A stretch of 64,000 bases of DNA from Phoronis australis (GCA_002633005.1 NMRA01000301.1:124001-188000), one strand, 5' to 3'. Shown: positions 11,772 to 26,700, counted from the first letter of the stretch. Program-made: numbers and translations. The notes: generated by a model from the sequence alone, not told the origin.

Positions 11772-14700
11772 CTGCAATGAGTAGGCTTTTTGGAGAAGAG
11801 CGCAAAGTTAATACAACGTTATCCACTGTACTAGAAATCCGCCTTCTGCCGAGCTTAATTGTACCATTACGCAACCTACTTTCACAGTTTGAAGTGAGCA
11901 AGTCGCTGCTCATTGGCTTGGGCGAATGTGTGTCGGATGAGATAATTGCAGAAATAACTGACGGGCCGAACGACTATCAAAGTCAATAAAGAATAACAAC
12001 AACGAAGGCAAACGAACAAAGTGACAGTTTTTAAAATTGAAAAGTTAAAATTAGCCGTCTTCGCATTCATCAACATGCAGCGCTCCACACTGGCAAAAAC
12101 GCCTACTCGAAAATACTAGTGACGGTATATTTGCATCACTTATTTTTCCGGATTTGGAATCGAAGAAAGTGACTACCAAATAATAAACGTCGGGCGTCAA
12201 CTCAGTGCCCTAACGAGTAAGGTCAATATTCCCCATCTGTTTTTAATGTTTTCAACACTTCATTCGCAATTCCATAGTCAGAACGCTGGCTCCGCGCCGT
12301 TCGAATAATACGGGTATTTTCTAGCGTTTGTTGCCTAATGTCGGACCCTGGCAAGTTACTGGACCCTGTTTACACGTAATCCAGCTGTGGTGTCTGCTAC
12401 ACTGCACCTCGTAGTACTCACTGTGTACAAAACATGACGTCACTCACTTATGCACTTTCCTAATTGAGTTTCTAAGACAAAATGAGGAAGTTGTGTTACT
12501 ATTGATACTCATCTGACTGGTACTGAAACACTTCTGCATTCTTACTCGAATGATGTCCGTTCGGTCCACGTATACACTGGCTGTTTTCCAGTAGTTCCCT
12601 TGCTCTCCTTCTTTCGACCAAATGGGATCTTCCATGATTTCTTTTGAGTTTACGAGGCGAACTCTTAAGGACCCCATGTGGCAACCGAACATGTGGTAGG
12701 CCCAGGAAAGGCAGAATGGTTTTTTTGTTGCTGTGACGGTGATGAATATAATAATTATTATAGAAACAATAGCCAAAATAGAAATATGCGTCCAACCTGT
12801 GGGCCTATATAGCGCCTATAAGACAAGCGCTTTAAAAACTGTTTACATTTTATTTGATTATTTCCGAGTTCCACCCCTTTAAGAGGTGATCATGCAACAG
12901 GGCCGTAGGGCCGTAGGAACCGGGGGGCCGTAGGGGGCACATGCCCCCAAAAAATTTGCAAATATTTATCGTGAAATAGGCGAGGAACCGTGGGACAGTC
13001 GAGAAATGAAAGACTTCGAATACGGATAAGAGAGAAAGTTCAAAAGAACAATTCAAGTGACAACTTTAACGGCCCTGGTCAGGGCATTGTTGTTAGGGTC
13101 ACCGTTTTTGCAGCATACATGTAGGACGTCTAAACATACTTGAAAACATGCACTTTACTATTCACACATGTATTTCGAAATATTGAATAATGTGAAATTT
13201 TTGTGGAGTATGTTACTTCACTTGATTTTTAAATTCTATGAGACAGTTTTGCAAAACCATATTTTTCCAGAGGCCCTTCTCTAACATGGGATGATGAAGA
13301 CAATTTTCGTCCTATTTTTTCTATATTATTCTCTGAATTGTAGATCGTATGAGAAACAATTATGGCCTGACAGATAACATCAATTGCTGTGCATTTCCTG
13401 ATTTTTGAAAAATAAAAAATTATTTAGGGCCCCAGTCCTTGAAGAGAGTCATTGATGACATTCAAGTGGCCACCCATTCCGTGTTTTTATTGACAAATTC
13501 TCACAGGGCCGCTCAAGGAGAATGGTCCCAATGTCGAAATCGATTAGCTCTATTTTCCTGTTTTTTGTGAAATCGAACAACCGACTGTTGAGGAAGGTCA
13601 CTTTTTGCAGGGTCACACAACGATGGAATGAATAGTCACATTGTCAAGCTTCCATCTTAGGTGTCCCCTTTCAGACGGCACCCCTTTTCGGTGGGGCGGC
13701 TGAAACGAATTGTAACCTTTGTCCCCCTATACATGTTAATCCGACACTGCCAAGTTTTCACAAGGGGACCTTGAGATTCCAATTCACAAGAACGCAAGAA
13801 ACAATACGTGCACAGCATAGAAGTATAAAGATATTTGACCCAAATAACCGAAAGTGGAAAACACAATAGGATTGACCGAGATCAAAAAGGTGGAATTTTT
13901 AAGAACGTGATAACCCCTGTTTGCTAATTACACAAAAAGACCATTTCCTATGGTTTGTTCTAAAATAATGTTTCTTTTTCCCCATATTATCACACGAATA
14001 GAATTTCTTTTGGAGATCGCTGCTAGGAGTTGTTTGTAAGGAATACGCAAATATCGAAAAGACTGCGGGCTACGAGTTGTGATGGCCCTGTGCATGTCGA
14101 ACGGGGGTTCGCAAAGTACACGCAATAATAAATAAATATTTTCGGGTTATTTTAGTTAAAGTTGAATTCATGCACCGTTATAGGTACCTCTGAAATGAGC
14201 AAAAATACACCACAATAAGAATGCCCCCGTCTCCCATGTTCCCCCGGTTGCCCGCCAAATATCTGCGACAATACCTGTGGAAATTGTCTATAACATACTG
14301 TTTCGATAAAGAAATTCGTTGGTTTCTGATATACATGCTTCTGTATCTACGCAAATCGACATATTCAGAGATGATTTTGGCAATTGGAAGTTAGTCTTTT
14401 AATAAATCATGGTGTTTCAGTGAATTTAGTTGCGTCCTAAATTTGGAAAAACTCTAAAATCCGATCCCCATGTAGTAAAGTGAACTCGGACGATTTTTGC
14501 TTATCTAAAACTACTCTCAAAACACTGATGAAATTAAGCCAGATTCCAAAAATATACTCACAATTCAAATGACAATAAATACTTTCTTTTTGACTTACGT
14601 AGAATTTTTGTCGCTTAAAGTCACAAACAATCGATCAAAAAGGAATTAAGTCATTAAATCAAGGTAAAGGCATTGCTCATGGAATCGATTGTTTGATTCT

Positions 14701-17700
14701 GATTTACATGTTTATGAATCTACGAAAATAAAGTGATTGATAGATGATTTTTTGACAAATAAAAGGTAATCTTGAAAGAAATGGCAATGCTTCAAAGAAT
14801 TTAGTTACAAGCTGACATTGGGAAAATTCGATCTATCATCAGATCCCAAAATACTAAAGGACTTTTGTTTTTCTGAAATAAGGTTCAAGGATACTGATGA
14901 ATGTAGGACAGCTCTACAAATTGTACCAAAGTGATCTCACAAATCAAATGACAATAAACTGTTTATTGACATAGGATCTATATTAGTGAGTTTAATTTCA
15001 CAAACCATTGATCGAAAAAGAAATTGAAGTACTTAGATAAATGAAATTAAACTCATTGCTCATCGACTTGGAAGGTTGTCTTTGTTTTCCTTTGATGTTT
15101 GTTGCTTCCAGTAGAAAAGCGCAGTGAATTTTTGGTCTTCAAAACTGAGTCGTTTGCGTGCCAGTCGACGTGTGCTTACTACACAGACACAGCACATCAT
15201 GAGTGACTGACGTCAACATGCAGTGGGCCCGTGCAGAATCTTAAAGATCCACGGGAACTGAATTTGAACTACATGCGTTGAAGTGTGAACATTTTTGGGA
15301 CCCACTCTACATCAATATCCCCAGTCACCAGTCCCTGTTTTAAGAAGGGGTTCTGAAACGGCCCCAAAGGCACTATATCAGAGACCTTGGGACCCCACCT
15401 TTCCAAACAATTCCTTCAAAGAGTGGACATGCATGTAATAAAATGAATTGTTCCCGAAACTGGATCATGATAAAACGAGCCTCGATCTTAGAGTCAGCGC
15501 AGGATAGGTACGACCTAATCTGCCTGTCTCGAGTGAATAATAGCTGAGCTGACCTGCGACTAGCTCTAGTTCATTGAATTTCATATTTCCATACTTTTAA
15601 ATCTCAGTTGCAGTTAACTGAGGCAGCTCCCTTCAGTGGGCTGGCTCAAGACCCATTCTTAGTGTCCGTGATTGCCCTCCCATGTACGTGGCGGACGTGG
15701 AGGGGGTTTCGGTACAAATATAGCGGCATCTGGAGCACGGGGGACGTGGTGGTGATAGGAAGGGGGGTAGGGTGGCGAAGTCGAATTGATATGTGCCCCC
15801 TGCCCCTACAATAATTTTTGCCTTCCCACTGGCCTGTGCAAGTACCTTGAATCATGCGGCATGTTCCATAGCAGGGGTGTACTCGAGAGCAAACTGGCAA
15901 CGGGTCAACGTCGCCTTACAGATGCTAGAAGAAGTCTGTTTCTCGTTACTATCCTCTGTTATGTTTGTGGTGGCGACAATTTCATGATGAGTTTCATTTT
16001 ACATAAATAAAAATACTATCAGATTACAAAGTACCAGGAGTAACCATGCGATAAAGGGATAGCGTGTTACAAGACTTACTTAAAAGTTGGTGAACTGAGT
16101 TTACAGATCCTGTGATATGTTCATAATTGAATATCGATATTGATGAGTGCGTTAGTTGCATTGTTCGGATATGAATATTCTAAAGCACTTTATTCACGGA
16201 ATGATCTGTAGAATGACTAATACCAGGATTTCTTCTACTGATCGTTAATTTCGTTTTGATAAAGAAAACCACTTTGAGCGACATTAGCCCTGGCTTATTG
16301 TGTTTCCGCTTACACGGAACTGACCCCACGAGTAAATATTAAAAATGGGTGTCTTATTCACTGATGTTCAAAAATCCTTCGAAAATGTTTTTTCGAAATC
16401 ACAGGCTCGCGGCTTCAACGTGGTAACAATATCTCTTTATTATTCAGAGCAATCTTATTTAAGATGTAGAGCTTTCACAAAGATCTCATAACCTACCATG
16501 CTATCAATCGTAGTTGATGCCTCGGCAGATTACCCGTGGGTTCTTCAAGTATAATTCTAATGAGGACAGTTAATACAGAAGGAAATATTACATTTACAAT
16601 TATTTATAAGCTGGCACTCAATGCAAATGCGCTGTTGTCGGTACAAAATATAGTTGCCTAGCTTCAAAACTCACCCCCTGAATTTTTAGATAACAACAGA
16701 CGTGCCACGTCGCCTGGTTCTCGCCAGCTTGCCTCTGCGTAGACGTAAGAATGGAAGCCGGGCCCTTCGTAAGCGTAAGTAGGTCCCGTGTATGGAGTTG
16801 GTGTGGGAGACTTTAAACACAAATGCATGCACACGAGATTAATTTCAGTGTTAGTAAAACGCATTCCTAGATCATTCTTATCCACATGTAGGAGTCACGG
16901 AGTCGAGACTGAAAAACAGTGGTTCGTCAACAGCAGGAGAGCTTGCAGTACTCAACTTCATTCTTATTCTCAAAAGGTGGATATGCAAGACCAAACTTCT
17001 TTAGTTAATAATGGGAAACTCACTAGCAAAAGATTCAAACATTGAAACAACGAAAAGAAAAGTTTGCCAAACAATCTCGTCGAAGCTCATAAGGACACGT
17101 GTACGACCTGCCAATGGGGACAATAGTTTGCTTATACTGTACATATCTCCAGCGTTCATTGAACGTGGTTCGCTTTTCAGTTTTATACGGAGACCTGCAA
17201 ATTATGGTCAATATGTTTCAATACCGGCAACTAATTTTGCTACTGCTGGCTCACTATTAGTTTCGTCTGATTACGACAGCGATATACTTCAAAACGAAAT
17301 TTTATTAAAGACCTAGTAAGTATTATTTTTTTTAAACTTGCTACGTAGAATGGAGGTTTAAACAATCTGATGCTCTCCAAAACTTGAGGAGAATTTGCTT
17401 CCGTGATGTTGAACACCGTCACTGCTGCCTGACAAAAATGCGAGAACAGAACCCTGATAAAAGTTAGATGATTACCTTTTATACCACAATATCCGATTGT
17501 AATGACCAATACAACCGTTAAATAATCCCCTTCAGTTATGTAACGGCGTTCAAGAACATTTGGCGGGAAACCGAGGCCGGTTTCGAACCCGATCCGCAAA
17601 AGTTTCGGGCCGTCGACTTTACCACTGGACCACTCTGCAGCTGACGTCATTGAACGTCAAAATAGAATACTTAAGTGAGCACGCTCAACAATCGCATGTT

Positions 17701-20700
17701 CAACAAACGGCATTGTACCGACATTTATACGCTATGGAAAAAAGACGCATAATTTCCATAAAACGATATTTTAATTCAGTTAAATTATCTCCCAATTTCT
17801 CTCGCTTGTAAATCATCGATCTCCAACTTGAAAAGGGTATCCTGTCGTCAGGATCCTTTGACTTGGGCATTATACTCAGTAACCTGGGGTAATCTACTGC
17901 AGCAGACGATATTTTCCCGGTCGAAGCTCAGCGTGGTTAAATGTTTAATAATCATGACTAGTTGCTAAGCCTAAATTTATAGATTCACTTTATTTCCGTT
18001 CTGTTTAAATTTTCAAGTGCTTTTGAATAAAATATAATTTTGACAAAAATAACTCGGCTTTTCTCAAAAGGCCAAGACTACCGACACCGGGCCTCTGGGC
18101 ATAGAAAGTAGTTACAAAGCCGAGGCCAGTCGAGAAAGGTAGATCGTTTCATCGCAGTGTTTCACGTTCGGTATGTGGTATAAGTAGATTATTACATGTT
18201 CTCAGTCGTTATCCCCCTTATCTAGAGCCCTCGTGGATTTTGGAGCATTATCGCTCTCGGGGTTAACGCCCTCGGGCGATAATTTTCCAAAATCCACTCG
18301 GGCTCTAGATTACGGGAGATAACGACTTCGCCATGTAATAATCTATATTCATACCACATTATATGCCTGACATGGCCAATACAACCGTTAAATAACCCAT
18401 TTAGTTATTTACCGCCCGTTGAATAACATTTTGGCGGAAACTCTGACCGGTTTCGAACATATTCAGGACGAGTTTCGAGTCGTCGACTTTACCACTGCAC
18501 CACTCAGCAACTGACGTAATCGAACGTGAAAATAGAATATTTACTTGAGCACACTCAACAATCGCATGTTCAACAAACGGCATTGTACCGACATTTATAC
18601 TGTACGTTATGAAAAATAAGACGCACAATTTTAATAAAAACAATACCTTTAACTTAGTAAAGTCTATCTGTCATTCTCTCTCACTTATAAATCGTGGATC
18701 TCTAGGTTGGATACGAGTGACGTGTCGTCGGGATCCTTTGACTTGGATATTTTACTCAGTAACCAGTGGTAACCTATTTCGGCAGACGCTATTTTCACGG
18801 TGGAAGCTTAGCATGATAACACGTGTAGTAAGCTAGACTGATTGCTTAAAATTATTTTACAGAATCACTTTATTTCTAGTTTGTTTCAATTTTTATTTGG
18901 TTTTAAGTAAAAACATCATTTTAACAAGAACAACTCGGCGTTTTTTAATTGGTCACGACCTCTGATCCCGGTCTCTGACGTAGAAAATAATTACAAAAGT
19001 CGAGGCGAAACGAGAAAGGTAGATCGATTTGTTGCTATGTTTATCGTTCAGTATGTGGTATAAATTCATTATTACATGTTCTGAGTCGTTATCCCTCTTA
19101 AATAGATCCCTCGTGGATTTTGGAGAATTATCAGTTACAAAATCCACTCGGGCTCAAGATTACGGTGGATAACGACTTTACCGTGTATTAATCTATATTT
19201 ATCCTGTAAACCCACTGAAGAAACATCTTAACATTATGAAAAACATCAGTGAAGGGTAAATACCAACCTATCCTCACCTGGCCCATGTGCATACATGCGC
19301 AGTTAAAGACCTGGGCCAGAATCTAATCTCAGAACCCTAAATCCCAATCCTTTACTACAATTCCGTTCTACTTAGGTACAAACTAAACCTAAATACTGGT
19401 GGTTAATGGAAATTATGCTTACACGCATGCTTTTTAGTGCCAGTTTGCCATTGGAGACCTAAAGATTCAAACACTGACGTACTTCATGAAGAATGAGAAG
19501 GGTGAATTAAGTTTTAACTAAAATAAAACCGGAAATTTTACCCGAGTTTCGAAAGTAGTTGGTCATTGATACTGGAATGCTTTTATGGGATTGAAACCAC
19601 TTTTTTCATTCCGAAGGTGGAGATTTTGGTCGCACGTGCAAGCTAATGCCTTGGGATCTACAAAACAGTCTAGAACTTCGCACTGCAAGTGCCCCCTGTG
19701 TGGCAAACTATTGCCAAACACTCCCAGTCGATTGACGAATATTGGAGGTTAGCCAACTCACTTTTCTTTGCGACCAGCTGTAATCTGCCTTTGGATCGTT
19801 GAAGAATTTGCCGCACAGGTAGCCTGTTTCAAAGTCACATGACAGGACCAGCTTGGAAACATCCAGCTTTTTCATCACAAAGCTATCCAGGGCGATGTCG
19901 CCTTTCCTCGATTTAGATTTTGTGCCAGTGATTACAAGCTGTAACACAGGTCAAATGTCAACTGTAGAATGGGAAGGCTTTCTATCAACAGATATTTTTG
20001 ACTTGGTGCCGTTCGTGTTTATGTGTATTTGTGCGTGCGCGCGCGCGTGCGCGCGTGTGTGTGTGTGTGTGCGTGCTTGCGTGCGTGCGTGCGTGTTTCT
20101 GTGTACGTATGCTTTCAACTCCAGGCTCTTATCCTGCTAGTATGTTTAGTATGACGTCAATTTGACGTGTTGGACCCAGTCAAGGCAAGTTGGAGTGACA
20201 AAATCAAAAACAATAATAATACTTAGGCCAGATTCATGTATCGCTCCAAGGTATTAAGGATGTGGAAAACAGCATGCTTATTAGCTGGTATTCTTATTTC
20301 TTTCGAACTCCCCAACTTCCCAGGAAGACATACAACTGGTAAAAGCGTTGTTGATGCACACCGATTAATCCAAACACATAACTTCTGAAATATTTCAAGT
20401 GCTAAAATGCCCTCGTGAAAAACTCCCAAAACAAGCAAAATTTTTGAAAATGTGATGTGACATTTCTAGTTCGATTTGTGGCTCCACACTCCGTCACAAT
20501 TGTCATATATAAGACATCATTAAACATCTGAACAAATCTTGCATTGGCTCGCTTTTGCATGGTGGGCATCACATTAGAATTGAAATTACTTGCAAAAACT
20601 ACTTTTTATTCATGCAAGGTGGGATTAAAGAGGGTTTCGATGACTTAAGCACAGGCTGATCACACACCTGTACACGCTATCATCCGGACAGCCTCCTTCG

Positions 20701-23700
20701 TTTGACCCACTCATTTATCTCACTTCACAGCAGTTAAATGTAGTATAACTTTGACAACCTAGCCTTTATTATTGACCACAGTAGCGAATTACCATAAGGA
20801 CTACTAGCGAAGAGCAACGACGAGAAGTCCATAATTAGGCAGCAAGAATTTTCGGATTTTGCAGGGCAAGTTTTCGAAGTGGACTGCTGATCAGATTCGT
20901 ACGAAAATTTCCAATTCTAGTTGCTCTCTGAATGGTACACCAGAACGCTATAAGGAATTTCTTTTACGTTGTTCTAGACGGGCTGTTCGGAAGAGGACTT
21001 CTTTAATTGTCACGTTATCCCCCGTGAATGCGTGTGCGCAGTCCGTCATTGACTGATGCTAATAGCTTTCGTTACCATGAGACTACCGGTTGAGGTTAAT
21101 TGCTTAAGTAATGTCTGTTGTATACACTTGGGTCAATTTCAACAACAGCTACACTTGATTGACCAATAACTTGCTATCTCTCTTGCTGGGTCACAGTTGT
21201 ATAGACACTTGATGAAGTCGGTAACTTCTGGTTCTGTAACTGCTGGCTGTATAACTGTGCAACCTTCAATAAGTCGTGCCTGCGTAGTTATAGATCCTTA
21301 CAATGTACTGAAATTTTCCACCACTTCAAGTACATCCACGAACTTTTAGAATCAAGCCTATCCATCTATAAATGATATGATAGGCTCTAGAACTTTCCAG
21401 GGCATGGTTTTATGTGATGAGTAAACAATATGCACCTTATAGAGTGTTTTCAAGTATTATGCTGGCAGACTACACATTCATTGACCTGTCAAAAATAGGT
21501 GAAGTCGATCGGATACTGATTGCTAGCAAAATACAGCCGAAAAAATTGTGTAACTAAAATCAATGTCAGTCTATTCTAGAAAAACATGTCTTTCGGAGAA
21601 AAATCATTTTTAACTCACAATTATCTAGCATGCACAAAATCTTTTATTTCGTCAGGACATTCTTACGTTCCAGAGTTTGTTAATTGTTAGTTGGGTCAGG
21701 TAGTCTGCAATTTAGATTTACCTGGGATATCCTTGGCATGGATCTTTTAATTCAGGAGCACCAATGCCCATCGCATAACTCATGGACTCTCAGTTTTGCA
21801 GTACTGGATGTACTATAACAGTTTGTCGTCTCTATACATCACGAACTCCGCTTTTTATAGATACAAGTGGAAGAATTAAACAATGTATGCTATCGCCTAA
21901 CACCTCCTGTGCATCATGGATCTGCATCAGCTTGTGGTCACCCAAAGCATTCTGCTTCGTCCCCATCCGATGTCCAAAAAACTCCAATCATTGACAGTCA
22001 ATGCCGCGCTTCGACGTTCTTATAATGAAACCTGCTTGTCTCTCTAGCTGAAACAAGTCGTTTAATTTAAGGAGACGTTCTTCCCAGGTGGTTGTGTGCA
22101 GTAGTATATCATCGGCATACATGTGCTGTTCGAAGTCATCTACACCCATTAACTTCCTCTGCATCATATGGTCACCGAGCTCAGCAGGCCTAAATGCATC
22201 GTGTTTAACTACTAAAGGCCACCAGGGCTCATGAATGGCGTGTCTTTGTTTTCACGTGCTTCATCAACGGTAATATACCTGTAGCCTTTCTTGACGTTAT
22301 TCGGGGCTGCACATTAGTTCGTTGGTTACCACATTCAGGCAATCGTTGTCAAAACTGAAGCTTGCAGTAGCATCCGTTTTATCTGCCAACAGTGCAGTTT
22401 AGGTATAACATGAAGATTCAATAATACCCACCTTCAACATCTGCTGTATTTCCTTCTTCAATAGGTCAATAGTAGAGGGCATCTGATGTGGTATCACTCT
22501 CACCGGCTATTCTGTAGTCAACTCATCTGCAATCTCGCTTCGACAAGGTCACGCCCTTCAATCAATACAACACATAACTGTGCAGCTTCTTACCTGTCTT
22601 CGATACTTTCAGTCGTGTGTTTTTGATACGCGTTCAACCGATTGGCATGCAATAGCTCAGTCATGCAATTGAAATAGACCTTGTACTCCATACATATGAC
22701 AGCTTCCCTTTACTTTACATACATATCGTATCTTCAACTTTATGGAAGGCGTATTGCGATATGTGCGAGGTAACGACGGTCTTTGCTCCCCTCGAAACTA
22801 TCTGTCTCTGGAATTATTGTCCCAGCAATGCTTCCGTTGGCACTCGACCTTAAACAAGCTTTCCCTAGCCATTTCACGTGTTTCCTCCAGGCGGCTCCTG
22901 AGCTGTAATATGCAGGTAGCTGTTTGGAAACTCGTCGATGTCCAGTGGCCAATCAGAATCTGTATACAGCCTCTCCACATGTCAAACCGTACAGCAACAC
23001 AAGAGGGTGAAAATTCTGTTCTGGGACGAGCTCCTTCCCTGTAAGCGAATAGGGCGGCTAGCAGATAAGGTCCCGTAACCTTCGTCTCTTATGACATATT
23101 TTCCTCAGCATGGCGTTCAAAACGCCATTGATTCTCTTACGGTCCACCCTTACAGCGTGGGCCGAAACGAGAGTCGTGCGCAGCTGTTGTCCACTCACAT
23201 GTCTGCTGACTTCATTATATACGGCGGGAAACTTGTTCCTCGATCACTCAGGAACTTTCGTAGGAACCCTACTCTGTTGAAGAATTACAGCAGTGCTTCA
23301 CTCACGCTCCTTATCCCTCTATCTACAGTAGCTTCACCACTTTGAGGTACCTGGTTGCTTTCTGAGACCTACCGTTTCATTCTACAAATGTATCATTGGC
23401 TCTGGAATTTCAAACAAGCAAATTTCCAGAGCATATTACAACGTAGATATTATTCTACTACACCTACAAATACATGTAGATGAGATAATCACTAAACTGG
23501 CATAAATATGTCAGATGAGTTAGGTGTTCATTGCCAATGAACAAATAGCTTAGTCAAAAAAACATGTGCAATTGACGTCTGACTGTACTCCTGGCAGCAA
23601 ATGTGAATAAAAAAATCATAAATTGAATGAAACGTTATGGCATTTTCTAAAAATTACTATGCTTTTTAGAATTATCCATGGACAATCGTACCAAAAGGAA

Positions 23701-26700
23701 ATTTGGCCGTTTTATAGATGTCTTAATTTTGCTCTGAATGTACCTCTTTTTTCCCAAAATGTAACCAAAATAGATATGGGCACACAATCCATTAAATTAT
23801 AATTTTTATTAATTTACAAATCAACGTCTATATGCTTTATATTTTCAGAAAATTAATGTTTATAGTTCTTTAAAAAAATTGAGTAAATACATTAGCTTGT
23901 AATCAATGATTTACATTACCTCAAACATGGGTCTGAAGGGCACCAATTCGCAATCCTATGCTTACGTTTCCGAGTATGCCACTAGCAGCATCCAAGATTG
24001 CAGTGCAACCCGAGAATGGGGGAGGCACAACAAACGTCGTGATGAAGAATGGGTCTACAGTTCTCGGCTTAGGCCCTGAACTTGGCGAACCCCCCCCCCC
24101 TCTTGCCAGTGCCTTCAAGGTTTGTGATCATGCATAATATACCCTATTCATTACAGATTGTCTTTGGATTAAAACAAAAGTGAAATAAGCTTCTTCAGAA
24201 AATCATAATTCAATGAGTACTGAACTACAGAACAAAAATATTGCTTAAGCAAAAGCAGATGCGTATAAAACTGTACTCTACAAATCAAACATTCTATATA
24301 CTACAAAAAGTTAAACAAAAACCAACAAGTGCATCGCAACACGGACCTGTTGGTAAACTACTTCCTGAAGAACACTCTGAGGTAAGGCTGCTCTCAACAA
24401 TGATTGTTAGTTTCGTGATCGCTGTTTGATGAGCCAATCCTCAGCGTGTTAAATGCACAGATTTTCTTACATGCTCACAATAATGTCTACCTTTGTTTTT
24501 TCGGTCGCCGTAAAGTTGTATTCAGATGATTGCCATACGTTGCCTTGGTTACCGGACTTTTGAAACAACACGGTTTCAGTACCACTTTCCGTCACAGTAC
24601 TCAAAGTAAGAGTCCCCATACGTGAAGAGCCGTACATGTGCCATTTGAAGGAGAAAAAATAATCGTCAGCTGAAAGAAGACGTGTCGGGCTTTAAAGTCT
24701 CAGAACGTGTCACAATGTTGAGAGGCTTGAAATGAAAACCTCTGGAAAGTCAAGGAAATATTTCCTAACGTTGAGGAGCCACTTGGCTCTACACGTGACC
24801 TGTTCATATCTAAGGCACTTAAACCATGCCAAACCTGCAAACTCGTGTCACGCATTAGTGGAATTCCGCGGTAAGTCGTGGTATTTTGGCATTTTTTATC
24901 TATGCAATATTATTACTGAATATACAACCAACATTGCACATGGGATTCTTTGTGCAATTTGCACTGCACCAGTTTCACAAATATCAATACGTCATTCAGC
25001 TTGAGCATGCAAAGCCCTACAGAAGTGTATTTGGCAGGTAATGAAGTATTACCAGTTGCCATATTTCTTCCAATTCTTGTTGGACTGAGTTCCGTAGAAG
25101 CAAGAGTCCCACACAAGAAGTTGACATCTTGTGAAGTCTTACATTTTTGTTTGGTTCTCGCGTCGACGGAACGCACCCCACAACACCACTCTGTACATGA
25201 GCTTCTATATGCTGACATATGCCTTAGTAAAATCATTTCCAGACTCTTCCCTTTAATGGATTTCGTTTTGTAAAGTCTTCAATACACAGACGCAGGTCCA
25301 ACTTGCCTCCCTTTCAAATTTCACCTCACAATTTTGTAATTGTCAAGCTAAATCTTAACATTTAGTTCACAAAATATTGGGCTAAAAACGCTATGCCATT
25401 TGCTGTTACATTGCCCAAAACACCATGGGGTAATTCACCTTTGTCGTGATCGAGACCTTGAAAAAGCAATAGGCTGGTGTAAAGAAATTGTTGAGTAAAG
25501 ACGTTGCTAGTCTTGATTGGTTTGGACCTAGATTTTAAATCAAAACCAATGATAACACCATGTCCCCTGGTGGAATTTCACTACCCTTGAAAGTTATTAA
25601 GTTTCGCCTTGCAAGTCTGTGGCCCCAGGTCAGCTAACGCCAATCAGCATCAAATTACATCGAAGCCTCATAATTAGAAGACAGGTTGACAGGTCTGGAA
25701 ATATTGTTCACCAATTAGCTGGTTTTGTGGATACATAATGATGCAAATGAGAAACAAATCAACCTTTCTGGGTTCCACTAAGCAAAAAACACTTCGACTT
25801 TTTCGATCCGTAATTTAGGGTAATCATTTTTTTCTGGCCTCCTGGGACCCATTTTTACAAAAAATAAGCAAGGCAGTCTATGAAATGCAGTTTCATGAAT
25901 AATCTTGGAAATTTGTTTGCAACAATTTGGCTATAATTGGAATCTCCTTTACGTGAGAAGACCCAAGTATGGTTGGACTATCAAGTTCAGTAAGACGCAC
26001 TACATTGTCTGTACGAATCTTGCCACCTTTCCAATCGAAAGAAGACGATCTTCTATTTTACAAAGTCTAAGGACATGATATTTTGCCAAAAACATCAATG
26101 ACATTTGTTCTTCAACACTGTACAGTGATAATAGTCTTACATTTTGGTCTTGATGACCAAAATAATATTACGCGTACCACATTGTCCCGGACTGGATTAG
26201 ACCAAATTTAGCCTTAATTTAGAAATTTAAGAACTTTCATGAAATGGGGCTCATACTTTTGGTCGATCTAATTTATGACAGGAATACTTTTGTGAAAGTA
26301 GCCCCAGGAAACATGCACTGGTCTTTTCCCGTGATAGCACACCTACATGTACAAGGGGAAATCAACAATACAATTGTTCGAAATTCAAAACAATTGCCCG
26401 AACTCCAAAACCAGTCGGCTGCACTGCAAAACCAAATGGGATGAAATGAGTGGGGGACGTCGCCCATCCCTGCCTCCTCAGACCTTGATTATTGGTTTTC
26501 ATCACTCGTCACCTCCCTGGCACCTCAGTGACATTAAAAACAATCTCTTGCAACACCCTCACGCCAGCTAGTTCTAATGAGATGATACATATGAACCTGT
26601 ACTACATGTATTTTTCACCATTATTCGCTGGCGAACAATGTATGTCTTAAATTAACCTTATTCTACCGTGCAGGCAGTCCTTTTTACTAGGAACCAGGCG

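Larger units (their letters stand above)
17481..19200. repeat. Two diverged tandem copies of a unit of about 870 bp (about 17481-18350 and 18351-19200) containing a tRNA-like segment and a terminal long hairpin
   Basis: Shared blocks at the same offset: ccaatacaaccgttaaataa, ctcaacaatcgcatgttcaacaaacggcattgtaccgacatttatac, ggatcctttgacttgg, gagaaaggtagatcg. Confidence 0.85.

Noticed and set aside
17570-18510. Functional tRNA genes
   Set aside because: A and B boxes are present, but the acceptor, anticodon and T stems do not pair properly, and the segments sit inside a repeat.
24346-24422. Extra minus-strand exon (ITKLTIIVESS...PTG)
   Set aside because: Its phase (1-1) does not fit the phase-0 intron, and MAM1 is complete without it.
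24900-26250. Coding region or transposase in intron 14
   Set aside because: No recognisable motif in the frames I read, and stops are frequent.
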